A stretch of DNA of 64,000 bases from contig CM102288.1 of assembly GCA_046563655.1 (NCBI GenBank), positions 2,976,001 through 3,040,000 of the forward strand, written 5' to 3'. A model generated the notes under the pieces. The model made no database searches. It saw nothing but the letters and a program-made list of their open reading frames with translations, and was not told the DNA's origin. A program made the translations under genes and the position numbers. Of the stretch, positions 54,101-64,000 are shown piece by piece (the first letter of the stretch is position 1; every line of letters begins with the position of its first letter). Source of the stretch: Yuukianura sp. NJ FZ-2021. Taxonomy: Eukaryota.

Positions 54101-57100
54101 AAATCAACAACAACAACAAATTAGTTAAGTGTTTGACAAATTCTCAAATTCCGTATTTTCGTTTTTTAAACAGTATACATACAGCATTGTGTATGAACAG
54201 CGTAATTTTGTCCTTAGGATACTCCAGCCTTAGTATCTTTTGAAAGAATTCTTCAAGAAATGGAATCGGTCGTTCAATGAAGATGCCAAGTACTACAGTT
54301 GGAAAATTCTCTTTCTAAAATTAAGAAAGACGAAGGTCAAATGTCAACGTTTGAAAATTACGCTTTCTCCCGTTGATTGTTGTAGAAAGCTGACGATTAC
54401 CTTAACATTTGATAGCGAAATCATTCTATCCCAGCAGGCCACACATCCATCTCTAGCGTTTGCTGCATTGCCCAAATAGTTTGACAAAGAATTCAGCACA
54501 GTTTTCGTTGGGCCCTAAACAACAAGTTTTGTAATTTACAGTAATTTGGAATCACATTTAAAATTGTGAAACGTTTGACATTTTTGGTTTTCCGTTTTCT
54601 TACATTTCCGTGGAGGACGAGCGGATGAGTATTGAAGGCTGTGTTGAGCAGTTGTGGAAATCCATCGTTCATTTCCCTTAAAACAATGAAAGTTTACAAA
54701 CAAGTAGTAAGTTGGAGATTTGTCAGTTACTGGAAATAGGGTGATGCTGGATGCTTACAGTTCAACTTCACTCGTTGCTCCGTTGAGATTGTGGAAGATA
54801 CTTGATTTCGAGTCCAGTTTGATTTTGTGTTCTTTTCTAAGCGCCTCGTCCAAAAATATTTTGGTGAAAAATCGTTGATCATCATCTCCGTCTTCAATGG
54901 GCGACGAGGTCACTAGGGCATACAGGTCCGATGCATATCCAATGTAACCTCCTGAATTTAAATATCGTTTTCCTCGCAGTACTGGAGGGTATGTCTCAGC
55001 CAAGTCTTCGTCTGGCCAACAAAACGGCTCTGCTCCGAACAGCACTCGAGCGTTGGCCATTTTGAATTGGGCCAAAATCTTCTCTGCTGTTCCCAGGAGG
55101 AGGACATCGTAACTATAAAAATTCAAAAAAAATGCTTGAAATGCTTGCCAATTCTAACTCAAATACTTGGCAAGTAGTGGGAACATTACCTATCCGTAAA
55201 CATAATGATATGTTCAGTGTTATCCTTGTACTGTTCCAGTTCCTGTTTGACTAAGTTGACCTTTTGACCTCCTCCGGGACTTGTCCTAACGTCACCCCCT
55301 CTCCACTCTGTGCCAAGTCCAAGCACTTTGACATTGAGGCCATGAACTTTGGCTGTTCTAAGATATCGCTGCAAGGCTTCATTCTCTTCAGTTGCCACCG
55401 TTAGCACAGTCAACTCTGGAAAATTCAAAAAACAAAAGACTGTAACTCTTAACTCTTATAAATGCTTTTGATTAAGTAATGCCAACATAATGAAAAAAAA
55501 GTAATTTAAAAATTGAAATTTTTTTAAACTAAAGTGTGAAACATTTCTTTTTCAAACGGCGTTAACGTTTATAAAATTTACAATACTTTCGCATTACAAG
55601 CCTCCAATTTGAAGCTATAAAATTCACATGCTGACTGAACCAATTGAGTAGTGATGCGGAAAATTGGCGACAAGGGAAACCAGAGCATGAAATCGCGATG
55701 CATTTCTCATTCTTTTACTCTAAAAGTTTCATTTTCTTTACGTTTCGTAGTTTTTTTTATCAGTTTGAATTCAACATTTTTGAGAGTATTGCAATTTCCA
55801 ATTTGGAAACTGCAATGTGAATTTCATACATGAATTGAAATGATGCTTTGGGCAATTCATCAGATCAGTTCTGGAGTTCAAGTTGTATAGTTCATGGTCA
55901 CTCTCAAAAGCTGAAACCGGTTTTTTGTAAAAACAAAAAAGAAAGAATTAGTTTTCAAAGTAAAAGTAAACTAATGAGAATGACTGCTGATTTTTCGTCA
56001 AGAATGGACATTAGACTTGACAAAGACCGTCCGGTGTGTCCCATTGTTTAGGTAATAAGTTGAATGACTCTTAATATTTAGATTCTATTTTTAGCACCCA
56101 AACATTACGGTATCAACAAGATGATGGGATAATTCCGAATCATTTTGCCAAGTTCACTGCCCGCCGGCAGCCGTAAGTGCCGCTTCGTCGAATTGCGAAT
56201 TCATTTTAACAATGATCTGCCTAATTTTCAATGTCATTGGCCTTATTCCAACGGTTCAGTTCCAGTTCTTAAGCAACAAGAACTAAGCAATGGTAAGGTC
56301 ACACACTAGCAAAATTGCACATAGGGGTCATCTTGACCTCACACATTCAAGAATCTAAAATTTAAACCAAAGATTGTGACAGATAACAAGCTAAAAAAGC
56401 TAAAACTTACAATGTTGTTGGTATGTTCAGAAATATAAAAACGTCTGAATGGATTTTAACGTTTGCAAGTTCTCCTTTTTGAGACATGTTATTCAACATC
56501 AACAAAGAACGAACACTTTGGATTATCGGTTCGTCGTGGCCTAGCAAAAAGCATGTTTAATTTTTAACGCTGTTTGATTAACACTCCTCTAAAAGAGAAA
56601 GAATGAATGACTCTTTTTGGTTAAGTTAAAAGATAACTTTGGCATTATTTAGCTTCCTGTCGTCTCTGAACTCCATAGATAAAACTGTACTTTGTTCAAA
56701 ACACTTTCTTCAAAATTGAACGGAGATGAACTTTACATCCTCTTCATTTCCTATTTTTGCACATCCGTAGCGGTTAACTTTTGTATGAAGTAACTAATTA
56801 CTTCAACCTAGCAATCACACCTAAGGTTAAGAATCTAACCATTTCAAAACATAAACTACTGCATCTAATCTGTTTAGGTGCTGCAGTGACAACATTTATA
56901 AACTAAACTATGAGAATGAGAGAAGTTGAAAATTAAACTTACGTGATTTGGATGTTGGGGCAGTTGATTCTGTAGTTGCCGTCTTTGTAGATTCCTGATC
57001 TTCGGTGGTGGCCTTTACAGATGATTGGATGGATGACAACAGAATACCCACAAGTGTCAGTCCGCGTAGTAAACACCGACATCTTCCTGAACCACTTATG

Positions 57101-57108
57101 ATGATCAT
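51165..57108 (-). CDS. Plod: Procollagen-lysine 2-oxoglutarate 5-dioxygenase (lysyl hydroxylase/glycosyltransferase)
   Basis: Signal peptide; [124 protein letters not shown]. Confidence 0.97.
52822..53560 (+). CDS. Secreted single-Ig-domain protein (oig-4-like), nested antisense in a PLOD intron
   Basis: Four exons. Signal peptide [95 protein letters not shown]. Confidence 0.88.
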
Positions 57109-58513
57109 AATGACTAATTAAACTACAAACTTTAAATTAAAACAACTAAAACTTGATAAGAAACGAACAGAAGAGAGCACGAAGTAAACACTTCCTCTCC
57201 TCTCAACTTCGATGTTCCAACTAAAGAAGGGATCTTCTCAGACATCATCTTCCTCTTCCTCTGGGCCAAGACACTTCTGCTAAAAAAAAAACTCAACACA
57301 AAAATGTTATTATCTTTTTCAATTTAATTGAATTTTAGAAGATGTTGTAAGGAAAAAATGAAAAATGATGGAAAATAAAACGAAAAGTGGGAAATGCTGG
57401 TAAAAGAAAAGCGGAAAAAAAGTAAGAAAAGGAAAAGCAGAGAAAAGAAAAGTGGGGAAAACGAAAAGCAGGGAAAGGAAAAGTAGTAAAGTGGAAGAAA
57501 AGACGAGAAAATGATCTACTGAAGAGAGAATGTCAAAGATTGGAAATGATTTTATTTTGTCACCTGGGAATTGACAAAGAGCGAGCAGGGATCGATGTAA
57601 AATTTATCCAATGCCATCATTTCAATCCTTGATTAATTAATTAGCGCTGTTTTCTTCAGTTTAGCTCCTTTTAGTAGTAGCTGCGTGTAAACTCGCATCT
57701 TCTTGGTGTTTTCTTTTCTGGATCCATGATGATGATCTTCTCATCCTTTAGAAGGATGTCTGCGTATTTCTGGAGGCAGGGGGTTTAACAAAGCTTGGGA
57801 ATTTGCCATTTTTAACAATACACTTATTGTTCTTGGAAATCAAAATACGAAATTAAGTGATAAACTTAAGAAATCAATTAGTTTAATCCTATTTCAGTAA
57901 TTATAAACCCTAATTACTTCAGGGACATTCTAATCTCTCCGCCTAAAACTTCCATGACTTCTTGGCTGGGAGTTACATCAACAGGGGGGGGGGATGATTT
58001 TAAGGGGGGGGGGCAACTACAACCATCTAATAAATTAGTAGAGGTCATGGGGTCAAGGTTCAGGTAAAAAGGACAAAAGACAAAATTTGTTTCCCATCAA
58101 CAAAAAATCAATTCGGGGGGAAGGAATAAATAAAAGTATTTCTGCATACTTAAAAAATCAAAATGCTTGGTCACGTGGCTCAGCCAGCATGTTTACAAGT
58201 CATTTTGAATCCTGAATCAACACCTTCTTCCTCGACCTCAATAACCTCTGACCGTTCACAACTTATTTAAGGAGGATCGCTTGAAGCGATTCGCTTCCTC
58301 CTTCTTCTAAAAACCTGTTCTAACATTTTTTCCAAACTTTTCTTAAAAAATAAACTTTTGACTAAAATCTATTTTCCTTCTAGACTTAACTCAATTAATA
58401 AACTCTGCCTTAATTACAACGTAATCCTTACTTCTGCATCATCATTTGAAATCCTAACTAAAACTTCTTACAATAGGAAAAGTCAATACCAAAAAGACCT
58501 CAGGCACTTAAAA

Positions 58514-61500
58514 TTATTTCGCCTTTTCCATTGGGGCAATCTCCAGCGGAGAGAGGATTCCCCAAATTGCTTCCCTTTGGTCTAAAATAAAAATCAATTA
58601 AAATACATTCACAAAAATTCAAAAAACACAACAATGTCGTTTTTTTCTCACCTGGATTTACATTCTGGCGTTCCATAAAGTCTTTTACTTGATTCCAGAT
58701 GATTGGAAAGTGTTTGGTGTTTTGTAAACTTGGCAATTGGCTAAAGAAACGTTTTACTGTGATTGGATCCCACTTTTCAGTGCTCGGTGACCAAGATACA
58801 ATACAAATCGACTCTGTCACTCCCTTCATGACATCCGTCTCGCGAAAGTCAAAGGAATTTTCCTACCAAACAAAGTAATTACAATGCACTGTAATTGACA
58901 ATTAGTTCATCTATTAATTACGAACTACTGCTTATATAGTAACTCACCTGCAGTACAGAGCCTAACGTATCCTCTTCGGACATACTACGTAGCACCTTAC
59001 TCAACTTGTCAGCAATCGACTCCAGCGATTCTCCGTGTACCCATTGGCAAGAATCCTGACAAAGACAAACGCACAATCATTATCCAATCTTATCCTTTAT
59101 TTATCTTATTCTTCTTCTAGTTAATTTTTCATAAGGTTGAGACGTGAATGTTTACTTCAGTTGGAAGACGATCGGCTCCTTGAGTCTTTTTATAAAGCCC
59201 TTGCACCACTGCTTCTGAAAATCGATGTTTCAGTTTCTCCAGCACTTTTGAAACAAGATTTGTCCAAGTATCGCCTAGGTCCTCTTCGATTCCTTCGCCC
59301 AACCGGATCAACCAGCCCAAGTCTTCTTCGTCCATAAACACTTCCGTTAAGCACGTTGCCAAGTAGGACGTTGCCTATAAAAACAAATCAAGTCAAAACT
59401 TCTTTCACACAATTTCCAAATGTTACAAAAATGAACTTACGAGAGGAGCATCGATTTCAACATCAGGAAGTAGCAACAGGATTCCGTCTTTCTCTTTGTC
59501 TTTTAGTGACTGGATTACCTGCCACAAAAATGTTTCATTAGATTTTTGAAAAGTTCAAAAACAAACTCTCTTTTTTTTTAAAGAAAACTTTAAATTACTT
59601 GAGCTTTGGTTATTTTGTCAGCTTTAATTAAACATTTAATGAGGCCTCCAGCAGTCTTTTCATCATCTTCCTTGCTCATATCGCAGACTCGCGTGCAGAG
59701 TTCATTTACAAAGTCCAGTCGTCGATCTCCTAAAAAACAGAAAAAAATATCCAAAAACAATTTTCGAAAAGTTTTTTTTTTAAAAGCTGAAATAGTACCT
59801 GGAAATCTCTTCTCTATCCAATCAAAGTCAACTTTCTTGACACTGCGGAACTCTTCAAAGATTTGCTTCACGGCGTCCTTGGGATCAAAATCTTTGATTT
59901 GTTCTGGCGGTTGTTGAGGAGTTGGTGGCGGTGTTTTTCTCGTCGTCATCGTCAATGGTGGAGGTACCCTTGGACTTCCAGAATTGCTGTCTCTCGTTGG
60001 AGTTTGTGGTCTTGAAGACTCCCGACTACTGTGTGACGATGGACTCTTCGTTTGCGGAAGTGCTTGAACAATCTCATCACGGGAAGGAGTCAGTGGACCA
60101 TCAGAGGACTCGCGGGTATTACTGAAACGAGGTGGGAGTGAACTGCGTGGCGGATATCCTGATCCACCTCCTCTTGCAGATTGCATTCCCCAAGGACCAC
60201 CGCCGGGAGCCAACTTCGGCAAGTCTCCACTACTGTCAGGTCCAGTCTTCTTGGCAGCAGCGGAGAATCGAGAGGACTTTTTGGCTGACACGCTCATCCA
60301 TTCGTCAGTTTTCTTTGGAATTGGGGGTCCACCCATTGGTCCACGAGGAGAAGAAGCTGGAGGAAGATTCATCAACTGCTTCTTCTCTTCTTGTTCCTCC
60401 CGAATCATTGCACGTCGAACTTCCTCTTTTGTCTTTGGCGCATTTAAATCTCTCCTGGGTACCCAGCTATCGGCACGAAGCTCAACCACGTCCTGTAACA
60501 ATCAAAAATTCGTTTCGAAATTCAAAATTGTAACGAAAATGAGTAAGGCTAGGAAACTAAACTCACGAGTAAGGCAAATCTGATTCTGGAAGAATAGGTC
60601 TTGTCATCACTGAGGGCTCTGAGTTTGGTGAACGTATTGTTCATGAAGTTTGGATCTGGCATCCATTTTGATGGTGGAGGTTTCTTGATTCGCATAGTTT
60701 CTATCATTTGAGCAATATTCTCTTCCAGCCTCTTTCCAACAGTTGTCAGGAGCTTGCACAGACACTCCAGGCTCTCTTCATCTCCACTCGAAATCAGCAT
60801 ATTGACACACTCAATCATGATCTTTGGAGTCAACATTTGAAGTTTAAAAAGTTCTCCGATAAATCGCACGTTCCCTAAACTTCGGCGTCTCGCAGTGAAT
60901 CTAGAAAAAGAAACAAAGGAACATTTAGCAAAAACTTTCAAAAAGAAAGTTGAAAAAGAAACTCTAGGTTTTAAAAAACATACTTTTTATCTTCAATTTC
61001 TAGTTTGATTAGTGGTTTCTTGTCTTCTTCGACCTCTGCTGCTAATTTTTCCTCTAAGACTTTCACTTCGTCTTCTATAGAATTCCCTTGCTGAAATTCC
61101 TTTTGACATTGATCCAAAATCTTCTTTCGGAAGATTTTGGAGGTGACAGCGGTCGCTTTACTATGAACTTGGTGAACCTGAAAGCAAATTCAGAAAAATA
61201 AGCACTCACCTTCAAAAATTCCGAAAACAAGTTTTGAAAAACTTACCATTTTGGCATACGCAGCCGAGAAGCTCGGTTCGTCGATAGCTTTTTCAAAAAC
61301 CACAGAAATTACAGCACCAATTCTTCCAGCCGTTACTGCTTCAGCTTCTGCCCTCTCCGCATCACTTCTCTTCTCGGGTTCCTTGACCTCCTCTTCAAAT
61401 TTTAGCATAAGAAACTTCTCCAGCTAAAAAAAAAACAAAAGTAAAAGTGAGTTCATGACTTCAACCTTTCAGCTCCGTATAAAAATTGTCACCAAAAATA

Positions 61501-63230
61501 AAAACTTTAACTTACCAACTTGTCAAAGTTCTCTGGAGTCAACTTGTTCAGAATTCCCCGAGTATTCTTTTTCATTTCCTACAAAATCGTAAAAAACCAA
61601 AGTTAAAGTTCATTTAACAAACTCAAAATGTTAGCAATCTTGTTTTGAAGAAAATATCTGGATCTTTTACCTCGATTACTCTCTCTTCTTGGTCTTTCGT
61701 CTCATCGATTCCTCGTCCTGGCTTCCAAGCATCTTTCGCTTTGTGTAGACTGACCGGTCTCGTTTGAATTGTCACTGGAGGTCGATTTGGTCCTGGAGGT
61801 TGCGGTGGAATTTGAAATGGACCTCGCATAGGATCCCAGCCTCCTGGTCCTTGCATTCCTCGCATGCGATTAGGAAATGGACCCGCATTATTGTTACCCA
61901 TTCTTCCGCCTTGTGCAGAATTTTGTCTCCCGTAACCTCCACCTACGCCGTAGTTTACGCCTTGAGACCGTGGAGGCTGCAACGACAAAAGAAAAACTTT
62001 GTCACGACCGTAACATTAAAAACATTATGTCTTTCAACTTTTCGTCGCTCACCGGTCCTATATTGAAGGGCGAATTGCCATCTCTAATAAGCTCAGGCGG
62101 AATGGAATCACTAATTCCTGGAACTAAATCCTTGCTTGCACTCGTCTTATAGTTTATGAGGGTATCACGGTCATAAACTATTCTACCCTTCTTGACTGGT
62201 TCTCCTGATTCATCACTCTCCATATCTCCTACAAAAAGATATCCATTAATCGTAACATATTTAATTAACATCTGTGTATAAAGTAATAAAATATAACAAG
62301 TTTTCACTAACCTTCATGCAATTCACCTTCTTCTATGTCGTCGTCTCCCATTCCTTCGTCAATCTCGTTTCCGCCATTGGTAAAAATAGGTTCAATTTGA
62401 GCAGAATCAACGGCCGTAATCTTCAACTCCTCCAGTCCTTTTTCCACTTTGCTAATTTCATCTTCCGTTTTCAGTTCTGAGTTGGTTGGAGGAGGTCGGA
62501 TCTCTTCTGTCTTAACGACAGGGACTTCTGGGACAGGCACTGATGGTTCAGTTTCACTGTCAATGGAAATAGGAGAAGGCTCTCCGGACTGCTCACTAAC
62601 AACCTCTGGAATCTTTTCTGGAGTACGCTCAATGTATTTCTCAATTGGTTCTGGAGAAATTGAAGCCATTGAAAGATCCTGGAAAAACAAAAAACAAAAC
62701 TAAAAACTCTTCCTCCACTTTTCTCAAAAACTGCTTTTTTTTTCAAAATTCTCTTACCAAAAACTGATCTCCTCTCCCACCACTCTGTGGCGTGGATACA
62801 ACATTGTCTGTATTGTTCATTTCCTCTTCAGTCGTTATCGATAGGAGTGAAGTTTCTTCGGCCTGTTTACTCACTGCCGCCTCGTGACCAAGGTCAGAGG
62901 TGACAATGGGGGGCTGTAGAGGCTCAGTCTCAGCTTCAAGGTCAGGGACGGAGCCCCCTTGGGGTTCACCTCCAATCGGCTGCTGTTCCTTTGGAAGTTG
63001 TGACGGAAGACTCGTCGATGTGTCCAGTTTCTCTGGTTCACCCATGGTGGTGGGTTCTTGGGAAATATTGGTAGGTGGAACTTGGGGGTGGGTGAAGGCA
63101 GGCGGGGCAGAGGCGGCGACAGTCACTGGTGTCTCCAAGGCAACAGTTGCAATAGCGGGAGTTTTTGGATGTAACGGTGCTGGAGGATGTCCAGTCACTG
63201 TGTGGGCGTCAGGGGTGCTATGCGATCGAC
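58514..63230 (-). CDS. eIF4G: Eukaryotic translation initiation factor 4 gamma-like protein; 5' exons not identified in the window
   Basis: eIF4E-binding motif IVYDRDTLI (about 62155-62181); LHKAKDAWKP; MIF4G motifs RGILNKLTPENFDKL, VFEKAIDEPSFSAAYA, RRRSLGNVRFIGELFKL, DEESLECLCKLLTTVGK and SSRIRFALL|DVVELRADSWVPRR; MA3-like helical region. Confidence 0.93.
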
Positions 63231-64000
63231 CTACGAAAAGAACAAAAAACAAACATTAGTATTCATGAAGCTTAGCAAATTCGTAGTTTCGACGTTTCTT
63301 CAAAAACGTTTTCAAAATTCCTAAAATCAGTTCCTCCAGTCGCTCAATTTCAAAAATCCCACACAAGTTATCAATTCTTAACAAAAACACTTTTAACTTT
63401 CCACAAAAAAACTTTACCTTTGCCCCACTTATCTCTAGGCCTTCCCCTAGCATGAGGCATTTCGTTATTCCTCGAAACTCTCAAAATTTTAAAAACTCCA
63501 CTTCACAGTTACTTTTTACACCAAAAACCGCTACTCTAAAACCCAAAACTTTACTTCAAAAAATTTCAAATTCAAAACCGAAAAACTATTTTTTGAGCAA
63601 TCAAAATTCAAAGTGCGACGTCTTCTGAATCATGCTTTCCCTTTTGAATCTTATTTTTAGCCCCCTCTTCCTCTTCTCTATTTTTATCCTTAACCAAATC
63701 CATCCAAGAATTCAAAGCACTCCGTTCAAAATACACCACTGACTAAAAAACTAAAACCGAAAAGATGCAAGTAGTGGGATATTCCCCGAAAAAAAACTTT
63801 TCAAAAAAAGTTCTTACTAACCCTGATTATTCCAAACAGCATAACACTTTTTGAATCATTTCAAAAAACTCTAAAATTTCGTCTCCTCCAGTACTTTTAA
63901 ATATGTCTCACCCCTCTTCTCCTTTCCACTCTTCTGACCCATGATTAGTACTTGTACTTGCAAGCAGGTTTCAAAAAAATTAAAAAGTTATAATAAAAAC

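Noticed and set aside
57984..58013. Two poly-G runs as a possible G-quadruplex
   Set aside because: G4 formation is possible, but these are simple homopolymers prone to sequencing error, with no other support.

Overview
Gene-dense, AT-rich eukaryotic DNA with short GT-AG introns, most likely from an arthropod (pancrustacean-like gene content). Left to right: (1) a PHIS-superfamily (Spy/ISL2EU/Harbinger-like) DNA transposon, cut by the left window edge; (2) a CD20/MS4A-like tetraspan gene; (3) three tandem Star-like FkbM methyltransferase genes; (4) a stargazin-like gene; (5) a DINE-1/HINE-like element; (6) two orphan spliced genes and a triple-Tudor gene; (7) RBBP6/SNAMA; (8) a BRI3-domain gene; (9) a 744-bp-spaced duplication; (10) Imp/IGF2BP; (11) PLOD, with an oig-4-like Ig gene nested antisense in one intron; (12) a divergent eIF4G lacking its 5' end. 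The most striking signal is in the transposon. Two canonical phase-1 introns join a Cys-rich N-terminus, a 21-aa tandem repeat and an intact OTUD3-like deubiquitinase domain in frame to a C2CH/HTH/DDE transposase. All protein calls come from motif recognition by eye; no database search was run.
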